DNA of 64,000 nucleotides from Mustelus asterias (GCF_964213995.1 NC_135808.1:22940001-23004000); one strand, 5' to 3'. Numbered from the stretch's first letter, positions 35,901-49,797 are shown. Notes: generated by a model from the letters alone, not told the origin. Translations and numbers: made by a program.

Positions 35901-38900
35901 ATTTACGGTAAGACTGTTTCTCACTGTTAGAGAGGACACAGCCTCAGACCAGGATCACAGGAGGGAGGGCCAGTGCTGAGCCTGAGACCCAGGATACAGA
36001 GAATGGGAAATAAATATTAATCTTCAATACTTTATTTATCATGGCGCTACCTTTAGAGGACAGTAATTGTGTGTCCAGGGATTTAATGTGAAATGTGCCC
36101 CTATTATTTGGCTACTAATTCAAACTCTTTGCAAACATTTCAGTTTAGTCGGACAAAGGACAGAAGCCGAGTCTATTCCTCTTAATAATCTATTTAACAC
36201 TTTAAGTACCAAACTCAAACTTACAACAGTTGCAACATTTTAACTCTTTTTGTGGACATTAATTCTTTAACTGAACATTAATTCTAATTCCTTAACTGCA
36301 AACAGATATTCTAATCCTTTAACTGGAAATAGATATGACCTGGTTTAGAGCAAAATGTCTGTTCCCGATGTAGAACTGTCCTCAGCGTCTTTCTCTGAAG
36401 ATGTTCTGCAGGGTACACTTCTTGCGATGGTTGATCTCTGGAGTTATTGCTGGAAACAAAGGGCTGACGTGTGCCTTTACCCCCAAAACTGTTCTCACTT
36501 TCCAGAAAATTCTGTAACACCCAGCCAATGGTGTAACCGGGAACTGATCATGTTGCTCGACCAAGCCAATGAATTACTTGTAACCGATTCCACAATGCTC
36601 ACTCAAGCCTGCATGCAGGACACATAGTTTATCCTCTGTCGGTGCCATCAGGTCTAACTCAAAGTAAACAACTTCCCATATTTGGTCAGTACAGGAACTA
36701 GAACAAGGAACAGGCCCTTCGGCCCTCCAAGCCTGCACTGACCATGCTGCCCAACTTAACTAAAACCCCCTACCCTTCCGGGGACCATATCCCTCTATTC
36801 CCAAAGAACAGTGTCAGGTCACAGTTCACCGGGCAGACCACATCAAGAACAGCTTTACGACCTGCATCTGTTTTTAAATATAAGTTGACCAAAAATCTCA
36901 GCATGCTTAACCCTCTGCCAGAATCACACTTAGCGCCATTATTGTTGTTAAAGAACAACTGCAATAATGATTTTATCTGTCTGCACCCCATTGTATCCTG
37001 GGATATTACAGGTGAAAGGGCACAGAGTATCCTGGGATATTACGGTGCAACAGATTCCAGTGTATCCTGGGAAATTATAGTACGTCACACTGCAGTGTAT
37101 CCTGGGAAATTACAGGAGGGGTAGGGCCCAGAGTATCCTGGGACATTACAGTGCAACACAATCCAGTCGATCCTGGTGTATTACAGTGCGCCAGGATCCA
37201 GTGACTCGTGAGATATTTCAGGAGGGATGGGGCTTGGTGTATCCTGGAATATTACAGCATGACAGGGCCCAGTGCATCCTGGGAAATAACAGGAAGCACA
37301 GGAACCATTGTATCGATGGATATTACAGTAAGACAGGGCTGTGTATCATGAGCTATTATAGTTGGTCAGGGTGCAGTATATCTGGGATATTACAGCCTGA
37401 CAGGACATGGAGTATCCTGGGATGTTACAGTATGACAGGATGCAGTGTATCCTGGGATATTACTGGATGACGGGACTCAATGTCTGTTGGAATTTTAGAG
37501 AAGGGACAGGGCCTGGTGTGCTTGGGATTTCAGAGGAGGGAGAGGACCTGGTGTATTGGGATATTGCAGGATGGCAGGGCCCAGTGTCTGCTGTGATATT
37601 ACAACCTGAGAGGACCCAGTGTGCCCTGGGATGTTATATTAGGACAAGGCCCAGTGTATCCTGGGATATTGCAGTAGGATAGGACCCAGTGCATCCTGGG
37701 AGTTTACTTCAGTCAGCTTCAGATCAGAGTTCAGGAAAATACCTCCTTCTATTGGAGAGAATTCATGAAAATCTAGAAATCAAAAAATATAACAATGAAT
37801 AGTCAGCATGGATGTTGAAATGGAAAATCTTGCTTTTCTCTACTGAGTGGATTTTTTGAGGATGTAACAGAGGGAGGAGACAATGTAATAGATATAATTT
37901 AATATGATTTTTCAAATGTAATCGATAACATAACTCATGGTAGATTAATGAATCGGGTCAAAGAATGTGGATTTAGACGATAAGTGACAGAATGGATTGC
38001 TCATTGACTTTGAGACAGAAAGCAGAGAGTGTGAGTAAAGGGAGTTATTCAGAGTGATGGAAGGTGTTCCACAAGGATCAGTGCTGGGATTACTGCTGTT
38101 CATGCTTTACACTCACTGATTTGGACATTGGAATCAAAATAAAATTGACCAATTTGCAGATGACACCAAATTGGGGGAATTATTTAATACTAAGGAGAAC
38201 TTCAAGAAATTAATAGGACGTTAATAAACTTGTCGAATGGGCAAATAATTGGTGAATGGAGTTCAGCACAGATGAATAAGACGTAGTTTTCTGTTAAGTG
38301 ACCTCCCGATACATCCTTATTACGAGGAAGGTGCAGGTCTGGATGAGGTTGAGGAGCAAAGGTGAACAAATACACCAATTAGACACAGGTTAGACAAGGC
38401 CATAAACAAACCAAACGGAAAACCAGGTTTCATTTCTTGATGGATAGGATTGTCAAATATGGACGTTATTCGTAAACCTGTATGAAACCGACATTATAGC
38501 ACATTTAGAGTACCGTGTGCAGTTCCAGTCACCATCTCATACAAAGGATATAGAGTCAGGGGAGAGAGTGTAGAGAAGATTTACAGAGATGATTCCAGAA
38601 ATGAGTGGGTGGACATCTCAGGAAAGGATTGACCGGCTGGGTCTCTGCTCTCGGGAAAACAGAAGGCTGAGGGTTGATCTAATCGAGGTCTTTAAATTTA
38701 TGAAAGATATTTTATAGATCAGACACATGGAGAATGTTTCCTCTTGTGGAAAGATCATAACAAGGTCATCAATACAAGACAGTCACCAAGAAATCCAATG
38801 GGCAATTCAGGAGAAACCTCTTTACCCAGAGTGGTGAGAGTGTGAGCTCACTACCACAGGGAGTGGCTGAACTGAACAGTATAGTTTAAGGGGAAGATAG

Positions 38901-40352
38901 ACAAGCAAATGAGGGAGAAGGGAATAGAGTTAAAATGGTTGTTTTAGATGAGGAAAGATGGGAGGAGGCTCAAGTGGAACATAAATACCAGCATCAACTG
39001 GATGGGCTGAATGGCTGGTTTCTGTGTTGTATATCCTGTGTTTCCTGATTCTCTCTCTCTGATTCATCCTGTCTCATTTTTCTTTCCCTTTTTATGGGCG
39101 GCACAGTAACACAGGGGTTAGCACTGCTGCCTCACAGCGCCAGGGACACAGGTTCGATTCCTGGCTTTGTCACTGTCTGGATGGAGTTTGCATGTTCTCT
39201 CCGTGTCTGCGTGGGTTTCCTCCGGGTGCTCCAGTTTCCTCCCACAGTTCAAAGATCCACTGGTTAGGTGGATTGGCCGTGCTAAATTGCCCCTTAGTGT
39301 CAGGGGGGTTTGCAGGTTAAATACATGTTACAGGGATAGGGCATAGATGGGATTGTTGTCAGTGCAGACTTGATGGGCCGAATGGCCTCCGTCTGCACTG
39401 TAGGGATTCTATGATTCACTCTCACATTCTCTGCCTCTCTCATTCTCTTTCTCCCCCTCTCTGCTTCTCACTTTTCCCTCTCCCTGATTCACTCAGTCTC
39501 TCTGATTCTCTCTCTCTAACAGAACCAAAGTCTCGCTCCCAGGTTGCTGTTACTGTCGGGATTGTGGTCGGGGTCCTCGTGCTCATCGCTCTCATCATTG
39601 TGGCTGTCATCATCTACAACAAGAAAGGTAGGAATTGGAGGGAAAAGAGCAGCTCCTCACTGGGGGGAGGGATTGTGGGAGAGTATTTCAGGGTGGGGGT
39701 GGCTCAGGCTGTGGGTCTCGGGTTGGTGTGGGGGGGGGGGGGCACAGAGTGGGTGGAAGAGCCCCAGGGTTGGGATAGGGAGGATAAGGGGCTCATGATA
39801 AAGAGGGAGTGTCTGAGAATTGTGGGAAGAGTCTCAGATTGGATGAGGAGCTCAGGGTATCAGTGAGGGGCTCAGGTCAGTGTGGGAGTGAGGGTCTCAG
39901 GTGAGGGTCTAAGGTCAGAGAGAGGGTCACTGGCAAGGGCAAAGTGAGGGTCTCGGGTTGTGGTGGGAGTGAAGGTTCAGAATTGTGTTGTCGGGGCTCA
40001 GTGCGAGTGAGAGTTCCAGCCTCTGTCTCTGATTTTCTCTCAGTCTCGTCACTCACTGAACATTCCTTGTTTTACAGGGAGAGGGAAGAGTGACTACAAT
40101 CCTACAAAGAGTAAGCTGATCATCAAACATCATCTGTATCTCTGTGTAATGTGTGAATCATTGTTCATTCTGTGTCAAATATACTCAACCAAATGGTGTG
40201 TGTATGTATGTGTGTGTGTCTCTTTCTCTCTGTATCTATATCTTGTGCACAGTCTCTGTCTCTCTGATAATGAACAGTTTTTAATGTCTCTCCCTCCTTT
40301 AACAGCTTCTGATGGTGGGGATTCCTCATCCAGCTCCTCCACGCGTTCCTGA
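32920..40352 (+). CDS. MHC class I heavy chain, nonclassical-like (locus C), 7 exons, 348 aa
   Basis: Exons 32920-32983, 34886-35146, 35288-35560, 35644-35907, 39523-39627, 40078-40110, 40306-40352. Phase-1 GT-AG junctions, open frame. Confidence 0.93.
32984..33345. repeat. 63-bp intron-1 minisatellite, locus C
   Basis: About 5.7 copies. Confidence 0.93.
33727..34040 (-). mobile_element. HE1-like SINE
   Basis: Reverse complement of 9857-10190. Confidence 0.8.
34886..35146 (+). CDS. Locus C exon 2, alpha1 domain
   Basis: GSHSLRYFLSGMTPVPGFPEF...MSRANQSG, 261 nt. Confidence 0.93.
35288..35560 (+). CDS. Locus C exon 3, alpha2 domain
   Basis: GIHVYQTMTGCDL...YLEGECIEWLKKYL, 273 nt. Confidence 0.93.
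35644..35907 (+). CDS. Locus C exon 4, alpha3 domain
   Basis: C1-set Ig motifs, 264 nt. Confidence 0.93.
36102..36985. mobile_element. Insertion specific to intron 4 of C, possibly a solo LTR, with a nested CR1 tail (about 36695-36802)
   Basis: Flanked by CCCC duplication; the empty site in B reads gccccattg; ends TA...CA. Confidence 0.4.
36990..37700. repeat. Degenerate ~33-bp repeat in intron 4 (also 54880-55325; remnants at 23290-23360 and 25745-25830)
   Basis: CAGTGTATCCTGGGATATTACAG core. Confidence 0.85.
39096..39415 (+). mobile_element. HE1-like SINE
   Basis: Same family as 9857-10190; absent from B and D. Confidence 0.85.
39523..39627 (+). CDS. Locus C exon 5, transmembrane
   Basis: EPKSRSQVAVTVGIVVGVLVLIALIIVAVIIYNKK. 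Confidence 0.88.
40078..40352 (+). CDS. Locus C cytoplasmic exons 6 (40078-40110) and 7 (40306-40352)
   Basis: GRGKSDYNPTK + TSDGGDSSSSSSTRS*. Confidence 0.85.
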
Positions 40353-40721
40353 GGTATGAACTGTGTTGATAAATATTGGGAGCTGATCCTTCTAACTGGG
40401 ATGTTCCCGCTGGATTTAGCTGTACAATCTGGTGGGTGGGCTGTGAGCTCAGTGTCTGTCTCTCGCTGTATAGTCACTAAAGAGCAGCCCATCCAATCCA
40501 ACACTGAGCTTTGAGACTGGCCTTCTGGAGACGGCTGCTCCTGTACAGTCTGAGGGTGGAGACATTGTGGGTGTTGACGTGTAGAGACATCCGGAAACGT
40601 CTCACCCTGGACAGCCTCCTCTCAGCTGCTCAATTTCTTTAAGGAAGTTGTAATTCCCTGAGATTTCCCTGAAGTTGGTCGCTGGGCTTTGCCACTCCCA
40701 CAGGATTTAACATTAGTCTTG

Positions 40722-40965
40722 TTTTGTCTGTGTGGAGTTTGCACATTCTCCCCATGTCTGCGTGGGTTTTCTCTGGGTGCTCCAGTTTCCTCCCACACTC
40801 CAAAGATGTACAGGTTATGTTGATTGGCTGTGCTAAATTACCCCTTACTGTGAGGGGGATTAACAGGATAAATACGTGGGGTTACAGGGATAGGCCCTGG
40901 CTGGGATTGTTGTCGGTTCAGGCTCGATGGGCTGAATGGCCTCCTTCTGTGCTGTAGGGATTCTG
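40722..40965 (+). mobile_element. 5'-truncated HE1-like SINE
   Basis: SINE body and tail. Confidence 0.8.
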
Positions 40966-41129
40966 TGACACATGATGGGTCTGTTCTTTCACTGGATGTT
41001 TGGGGTTCGGAGTGGATCTTAGGGGTTTAGCTGGCGTTTGGGGCTCTAATGGGTTTCGCTGGCGTTTGGGGCTCTGAGGGGTTTAGCTCGTGGTGTGTGG
41101 TTGGAATGTTGAATGATAGAAAATGTATG

Positions 41130-43090
41130 TTTGAAAGCGAGGCCATTCAGCCCATCATGTCCCTGCCTGTTAATGAAGAGCTCTCCAGCCTCATCTCACC
41201 TTCCTGTACTCGGTCTGCAGCTCTGTAGATCACAGCTTTTCAACTCGACATCCAAGAATTGATTCAATGTGGTGAGAGTTTCTGCCTCTACCATCCTTTC
41301 AGACAGTGAGTCCCGGGTCCCTACCACCCTCTGGGTGAAAAACTCTTTCCTCATTTCCCACCCCGATCTTTCCACCAATTACTTTAAATCTGTGCCCTCT
41401 GGTTTTTGACCCCTCTGTGAGGGTAAATGTGTCAGCTCTATTTACCATGGCTCCTCATAATTATATCCACCCCAATTAAATCTCCCCTCGGCCTCCTCTA
41501 TTCTACAGAATCCTATTCCAGCCTATCCGCTCTTTCCTCACAGTGAACATTCTCCAGTCCTGTCCACATTAAACAATCTCCTCTGCATTCTCTCCAGTAC
41601 ATAGAAACCAGAAGCAGGACTAGGCCATTCGGCCCTTCAAACCTGCTCCGTCATTTCTTCTGTTTTTAAAGTTTTTATTTATTATTGTCACAAGCAGGCT
41701 TACATTAACACTGCAGTGAAGTTACTGTGGAAACCCCCTCGTCGTCAAACTCCGGCGCCTGTTCGGGTCCACTGAGGGAGAATTTAGCATGGCCAATGCA
41801 CCTAACCAGCACGTCTTTCAGACTGTAGGAGGAAACCGGAGCATCCGGAGGAAACCCATGCAGACACGGGGAGAACGTGCAGATTCTGCACAGACAGTGA
41901 CCCAAGTTGGAAATCGAACCCGGGCCCCTGGCGCTGTGAGACAGCAGTTCCAATCATCAAATTCAATATCCTGATCCACCCTTCCTCCCATATCCCTTGA
42001 TCTCTTTAGCCCCAAGAGCTACATCTAATTTCTTCTTGAAATCAGACGTTTTTGCTTCAACTACATTCTGTGGTAGTGAATTCCACACATTCATCACCCT
42101 CTGGGTGAAGAAATTTCCCCTCACCTTAGTTCTAAATGTTTTACCCTTTATACACAAACTATGGCCCCTAGTTCTGGACTCCCCCTCCATTGGGAACATC
42201 TTTTCTGAATCTACCCGCTCTAATCCTGTTAGAATTTTATAATTTTCTATGAGATCCCCTCTCACTCTTCTAAACTCCAATGAATATAATCCTAACTGAC
42301 TTTGTCCTGCCGTCCCAGGAATCAGCCTGGTATACCTTCATTGTACTCCCTCCATAGCAAGGACATCCTTCCTCAGATAAGGATACCAAAACTGCACACA
42401 ATACTCCAGGGGTGGCTTCACTAATGCCCTATACAATTGCAGTAAAACATCCCTATTATTATGTTCAAATCCTCTCGCTCTGAAGGCCAGCAGACCATTT
42501 GCCTTCTTTACTGCTTGCTGTACTTTACTTTCAGCGACTGATGCATGAGGACATCAAGGTCTCGCTGAGTATCCACCTCTCTCCATTGACACCCATTCAA
42601 ATAATAATCTGTCTTCCTATTATTGCTACCAAAGTGGATAACCTCATATTCATCGACATTATATAATATTTTTTGTGTAATGTGCTGACCAGACTGTTTG
42701 CAGTGCTTCAGCTGTCGTCTATCTGGTATTGGTTACAGTTTTCGCAAAACCACTCTGCTCTGTGCCTTGGCTAATAAAGGAAAGCATGTTATATACCACC
42801 TTTACCTCATTTATTAACCTGTCCTGACACCTTTCCCAGTCTGTGGACATACACTCCTAGATGCCTCTCTTCCTCCACATTATTCATTATCCTCCCATTT
42901 ATTGGGGATTCCCTTTGCCTTGTTAATCCTCCCAAAACCCATCACATTCTCCACCCTCTCAAACAGACTATTTTATTTATTTTTTTATCATTTAGGGCAC
43001 AGACTATTTTATTGGTCTCCAAAATGCTCTACTTTCCTTATCCTTTTCTCTTCAGGGACTGATAGGACATCCTTGGAGGTGCCTTGATTT
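41130..43090 (-). mobile_element. Nested CR1 fragments with a SINE (41660-41948)
   Basis: The outer CR1 is paralogous to 470-1230; an inner CR1 spans about 41600-42660. Confidence 0.8.
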
Positions 43091-45282
43091 TTCTTTCCAG
43101 TATTTTGTCGTGCCCCCTCTTTTCTTTCCTAATCTTCCTCTCTCTGTATCTCTTCCAGGTTTCTGCGTTATTAGGAGTGAGGGGTCTGATGGATTTTGCT
43201 GCTGGTAGATGTGGGAGTTGGATGGATCTGATGGGTTTTGTTGGGGGGGCGACGGGGCGGTTTCCAGCTCTGCTGGCTTTGCCTCACTCTATAGTGATGT
43301 ATTTCTTTCTCGTCTCCAGTGCATTCCAGGGTTTGTAATCCAGGAACACCAGTTCCCAAACATAGTAGCAGGAGTGGATGAGAGAATCAGGGAAGATGTG
43401 ATTTCATCAAGGTGACAGCGACTGACTGATTCAAGCTCCACATATGTGATTCTGTTTAAATGGAACTGTGGTGATGGTTTGGAAGTAATTGCTATATCTG
43501 GAGCTGCACTTTAAGCTATTCTGATCTGATCTGTTTATCCTGCACAGACGTGAGAGGGCGATCTTGCGAAAAATATTCTCAGTCCAGAAAGAGTATGAAA
43601 ACGAGAGTTTCTGATCCGTCTTTTTGGTGAATCCAATTCTGCAATCTTATGCACTTAGAGCAGAAAAGAACCCCTAATCTGTTTCTTGCCTGTAGGGGGA
43701 GTGGGCAGGGCTTAAATCACCAGAATGCTGCCTGACAACAGCAGAGGACACCATTGTGCATGTGCAGGTCCCTCTGCTCTGAGCAACAGAGAAACATGTC
43801 ACTCAACCTCTGCTGCTTTCACCAGGCCTCCATGGCCTAAACACGGACCTCCCCAGCTGCCTCGGCGGTCTGTGGCCTCATGCGACCCCTGATGGTCGGA
43901 CCAATTGCCCCCGTGACACCCCACCTGCCCGGACAGATCAAACCTCGTGATCCCACCGCTCGGGCCGATTTCCCCTCCCAATCGCAATGCAGTAGGCCCC
44001 ACTGCTTCCCCTCACCAAAGGCAAATACTGAGTGGCAGTCGCCTTCCCCCCCCCCCCACCGCCAAATTGCAAATGCAGAGTGTGCGGCACATCCCTTCCC
44101 ATCACCACTGATATTCCCACCACGGTTTGCTCCCCCAACAAATCAGGCTCCACACCCTTCACACTGCCAGAGTACCAGGCTTGGCACTGTCCACAAGGCA
44201 CTCCCCCCCCCCCCCCCCCCCCCCCCCGCCCCCCCCCCACCCGCCAACTTCTCGGGATGGCTTCAACAGCCTCTGGATCCACTAGTGAGGCTATCGGGTT
44301 TTGCCCCGTTGTGATTCTCGCTGGAGTGAACCTCTCCCGTGAGGCCACAGAGACGAGAGCCCAGATGATTGCGCCGCGGGCTCGCTCATTTTGTTCAAAA
44401 CAGGTTTTAAATGTAGTCAAGTATTTTATTCAGCCTCGCGCCGCAATGTGTGAGAAATCGGGAGCGAATCTCATCTGTATTGAACTCATGAATTCCAATA
44501 TCTTCTGCCCTTTCCTGATTTTTTTCTTTTAATGTCTGCTTGTCATTGGTGAGTGTGTTTATGTCACATCCCCCATTCCCAAGCACTCTGTCTGGGGAAA
44601 TAACAAACATTATTGAAATATCAGAGCTTTTGTATCAAACTGTCATCTGCAACTCCAAATGTCAAATCGCGGTAAATTTCCAATTCTTGTCACTGTTGGA
44701 AATATTGTTACACTTTGCAGTATTGGACACAATTGTTACCTGTGTGTGTGCGTGTGTTATTAAAACAACAGAAAAGGTTTATTCTGCTTGGAACTGAATG
44801 GGTTAATTCTAAATTAGAACACGTTCGGTGAAGGAATTCACTGTCACCGCGATTTCAGAAAGTGACTGGGTTACAATGTTCTCAGAGTAATGGCGGTTTC
44901 AGCAGAACAAAGATATTTCTTCAAGTCTTGTGGATTCACCATTTCAAACTGGATATTTCCGAATAAAAACCTTGGAGCAAAATGGATTAGAAGATAAAGT
45001 CCCAATTGTTCCCCAGGGTTGTTTTTAAATGGAGATTTTAAAAACAAGAATAATCCATGAACAATCACCTTCAATTAATTCCTGAATTTGAAATTACACC
45101 ATTAAAGCTTAAAAAAAAACGACCCCACTCTGATAGATGTGAATTTGTATCTGGATTAGAGATCCCACATGTTTCACCCGTTTCAACAGAGTTTCATTGT
45201 AGCGGCAACAAGCTCCCAGTTTCAAAACTTTTAAACTGTTCTCCCCCTTTAGACCTCACCATTTTGAGGAAAACACAGAGTT

Positions 45283-46203
45283 AGAACATAGAACATAGAA
45301 CATTACAGCGCAGAACAGGCCCTTCGGCCCACGATGTTGCACCGACCAGTTAAAAAAAAACTGTGACCCTCCAACCTAAACCAATTTCTTTTCGTCCATG
45401 AACCTATCTACGGATCTCTTAAACGCCCCCAAACTAGGCGCATTTACTACTGATGCTGGCAGGGCATTCCAATCCCTCACCACCCTCTGGGTAAAGAACC
45501 TACCCCTGACATCGGTTCTATAACTACCCCCCCTCAATTTAAAGCCATGCCCCCTCGTGCTGGATTTCTCCATCAGAGGAAAAAGGCTATCACTATCCAC
45601 CCTATCTAAACCTCTAATCATCTTATATGTTTCAATAAGATCCCCTCTTAGCCGCCGCCTTTCCAGCGAAAACAATCCCAAATCCCTCAGCCTCTCCTCA
45701 TAGGATCTCCCCTCCATACCAGGCAACATCCTGGTAAACCTCCTCTGCACCCTCTCCAAAGCCTCCACATCCTTCCTGTAATGTGGGGACCAGAACTGCA
45801 CACAGTACTCCAAGTGCGGCCGCACCAGAGTTGTGTACAGTTGCAACATAACGCTACGACTCCTAAATTCAATCCCCCTACCAATAAACGCCAAGACACC
45901 ATATGCCTTCTTAACAACCTTATCTACTTGATTCCCAACTTTCAGGGATCTATGCACACATACACCTAGATCCCTCTGCTCCTCCACACTATTCAAAGTC
46001 CTCCCGTTAGCCCTATACTCAACACATCTGTTATTCCTACCAAAGTGAATTACCTCACACTTCTCCGCATTAAACTCCATCCGCCACCTCTCGGCCCAAC
46101 TTTGCAACCTGTCTAAGTCTTCCTGCAAACTACGACACCCTTCCTCACTGTCTACCACACCACCGACTTTGGTGTCATCAGCAAATTTGCTAATCCACCC
46201 AAC
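45283..46203 (-). mobile_element. Young 5'-truncated CR1 with an uninterrupted frame
   Basis: ORF from FADD to the C terminus, (TGTTCTA)n tail, AGTT target duplication; empty site near 11790. Confidence 0.93.
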
Positions 46204-46330
46204 AGTTGGAGCTGGTCTGAAGGAACAGCAACACAGAGCATTCACACAGCCTTTTCTCATTCACTAACAGGAAGTTTACACACACACATCTGTCCACACA
46301 ATTATTTCTCACATCACTTCAAGTTTCACA

Positions 46331-47210
46331 TTTGGAGGAAAATGTAACTGGATTGATTAGTCGATTTGTGGACGACACAAAGGTTGGTGGATTTGCGGAC
46401 AGCGATGAGGACCATCAGAGGATGCAGCAAGATATAGATCAGTTGGAGACTTGGGTGGAGAGATGGCAGGTGAAGTTTAATCCAGACAAATGTGAGGCAA
46501 TGCATTTTGGAAGGTCTAATACAGATAGGAAATATACAGTAAATGGCAGAACCCTTCAGAGTATTGATAGCAAAGGGATCTGGGTGTACAGGTACACAGG
46601 TCACTGAAAGTGGCAATGCAGGTGGAGAAGGTAGTCAAGGCGGCATATGGCATGCTTACCTTAATTGGCTCTTGGAATATCGTGTTCCATTCTGGTCGCC
46701 ACACTACCAGAAGGATGTGGAGACTTTGGAGAGAGTACAGAAAATATTTACCAGGATGTTGCCTGGTATGGAGGGCATTAGCTATGGGGAGAGGTTGGAG
46801 AAACTTGGTTTGTTCTCACTGGAGCGACGGAGGTTGAGGGGAGGCCTGATAGAAGTCGACAAGATTATGAGGGGCACGGACAGAGTGGATAGTCAGAAGT
46901 TTTTTCCCAGGGTGGAAGAGTCAATTACTAGGGGGCACAGGTTTAAGGTGCGAGGGGCAAGGTTTAAAGGAGATGTACGAGGCAGATTTTTTTTTAAAAC
47001 AAAGAGTAGTGGGTGCCTGGAATTCGTGGCCGGGGGAGGGAGTGGAAGCGGGTATGGCAGTGACTTTTAAGGGGCGTCTTGACAAGTACATGAATAGGAT
47101 GGGAATAGAGGGATATGGTTCCCGGAAGGGTCGGGGGTTTTAGTTAAGTCAGGCAGCATGGTTGGTGCAGGCTTGGAGGGCCGAAGGGCCTGTTCCTGTG
47201 CTGTAATTTT
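46331..47210 (+). mobile_element. 5'-truncated CR1
   Basis: FVDDTK, FWSPHY, GHRFKV. Confidence 0.9.
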
Positions 47211-47880
47211 CTTGGCATATATTCCTATTCTCATGAAAGAGCATCTTATCCAAACTGACAGTTGGCCAAGGCCGGAATTGAACCCGCGTCCCTGGTACTG
47301 TGAGGCAGCAGCACTAACCACTGCCACTGTGTCACCCACTTGGACACAGGTTGCTTCACATCCTTTAGATCTGTGCACAGAACGGAGACATATTCATAAA
47401 GTAAAAGGAACAGTTGTTTGTTTGCAAATCAGGATATCTCTGAACATAAACAACCCGGTTGTTCACACAGTATTTTAAACTTTACTGTGAGTTTCTTTAA
47501 TTGCTTTTTTCTAACCTGCTTCTGATATTCCACCAACCAGACATCAACAGCCCATTTCTGAAAAGCAGCAACATCCATTTCTTCATCTGATTCAATAATC
47601 TAATCTTTGGCCTCACATCTCCGTGATCTCTCACTATTTGTTCCTTCCTGTCGACTTTCTCCCAAACATTCCAATCTCCCGACTCTGATCCAAGCATCAA
47701 ATCTCCAAATACTGTTTCTTTGTGCACCATTTGACCTTTCAATTTAACTCTGCTCGATCAACTGTCCACTTTCCCAAATCACTTCCTTCCTGAACAAACA
47801 CAGTAACTTCTCAAACAAGGCTCGGCAAGCTGAGACCTATTTTTATCGTGATTGCTTCAATGGTACAAGGTTTAATATAA

Positions 47881-48200
47881 GTACAGGACACAGCTCACAC
47901 ACTGAGAGGGACAGTATCAGTACAGGACACAGCTCACACACTGAGAGGGACAGTATCAGTACAGGACACAGCTCACACACTGAGAGGGACAGTATCTGTA
48001 CAGGACACAGCTCACACACTGAGAGGGACAGTATCAGTACAGGACACAGCTCACACACTGAGAGGGACAGTATCAGTACAGGACACAGCTCACACACTGA
48101 GAGGGACAGTATCAGTACAGCACAGTGCTCACACACTGAGAGGGACAGTATCAGTACAGCACAGTGCTCACACACTGAGAGGGACGCTATCAGTGCAGAA
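47881..48200. repeat. 39-bp minisatellite
   Basis: GTACAGGACACAGCTCACACACTGAGAGGGACAGTATCA units. Confidence 0.93.
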
Positions 48201-48565
48201 CTGTGACCGGGATGCAGAATGATCTGGACAGGTTGAGTGAGTGGACAAATTGATGGCAGATGCAGTATAATTTGCATAAATGTGAGGTTATTCACTTTGG
48301 AAGCAAAAAAAAGGCAGGTTACTATCTGAATGGTGTAAATTGGGAGAAGGGAGTGTGCAGTAGGATTTGGGTGTCCTTGTGCATCAGTCACTGAAGGTAG
48401 GCACGCAGGTGCAGCAGGCGGTAAAGAAGGCAAATGGCATGTTCGCCTTCACTGCGAGAGGTTTTGAGTGCAGGGGCAAGGATGTGTTGTTGCAATTAAA
48501 CAGGGCCTTGGTGAGGCCACACCTAGGGTATTGTGTGCAGTTTTGGTCTTTGTTTACTTGCAACA

Positions 48566-49797
48566 ATGATGTGGAGATGCCGACGTTGGACTGGGGTAAA
48601 CACAGTCAGAATTTTAACAACACCAGGTGAAGGTCCAACAGGTTTATTTAATGGCAAATGCCATCAGCTTTTAGGTGTCTGTTGCGATCCTCCTCCAGAC
48701 GCTGAAAGATGCCCTGATAAGAACAGGATATGGCGCTCGACTCATTGATCGACAGTTCCGACGCACCACAGCGAAAAACCGCACCGACCTCCTCAGAAGA
48801 CAAACACGGGACACGGTGGACAGAATACCCTTCGTCGTCCAGTAGTTCCCGGAGCGGAGAAGCTACGGCATCTCCTCCGGAGCCTTCAACATGTCATTGA
48901 TGAAGATGAACATCTCGCCAAGGCCATCCCCACACCCCCACTTCTTGCCTTCAAACAACCACGCAACCTCAAACAGATCATTGTCCGCAGCAAACTACCC
49001 AGCCTTCAGGAGAACAGTGACCATGACACCACACAACCCTGCCACAGCAACCTCTGCAAGACGTGCCGGATCATCGACACGGATGCCATCATCTCACGTG
49101 AGAACACCATCCACCAGGTACACGGTACATACTCTTGCAACTTGGCCAACGTTGTCTACCTGATACGCTGCAGGAAAGGATGTCCTGAGGCATGGTACAT
49201 TGGGGAAACCATGCAGGTGCTACGACAACGGATGGATGAACACCGCTCGACAATCACCAGGCAAGACTGTTCTCTTCCTGTGGGGGAGCACTTGAGCGGT
49301 CACGGGCATTCAGCCTCTGATGTTCGGGTAAGCATTCTCCAAGGCGGCCTTCACGACACACGACAGCGCAGAGTCGCTGAGCAGAAACTGAGAGCCAAGT
49401 TCTGCACACATGAGGGCGGCCTAAACCGGGATGTTGGGTTTATGTCACACTATCAGTAACCCCCACAGCTTGCCTCCTGGACTTGCAGAATCTCACTGGT
49501 TGTCCTGTCTGGAGACAATACACATGTCTTTAACCTGTGCTTAATGCTCCCTCCACTCACATTGTCTGTATCTTTAAGACCTGGTTGGCTGTAGAGATTC
49601 GCATTCTAATCAGTATTCTGTAACTTGATTTTGTGTCTCTGTATGCCCTGTTTGAGAGCAGATTTCCACTCTGACGAAGGAGCAGCGCTCCGAAAGCTAA
49701 TGGCATTTGCTACCAAATAAACCTGTTGGACTTTAACCTGGTGTCGTTAAAACTCTTATTGTGTTTACCCCAGTCCAACGCTGGCATCTCCACATTA
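48566..49797 (+). mobile_element. Truncated Penelope-like element with inverted termini
   Basis: GIY-YIG ORF 49142-49459; inverted terminal segment at 48566-48650. Confidence 0.9.
49666..49703 (+). ncRNA. Minimal hammerhead-ribozyme motif
   Basis: CUGACGA-A-GGAGC(AGC)GCUCC-GAAA-GC-UA-AUGG; stem I imperfect. Confidence 0.55.

Noticed and set aside
32920-40352. Assigning a gene symbol such as UAA, UCA, MR1 or CD1
   Set aside because: Lineage cannot be established without a phylogeny; anchor-residue losses argue against classical UAA
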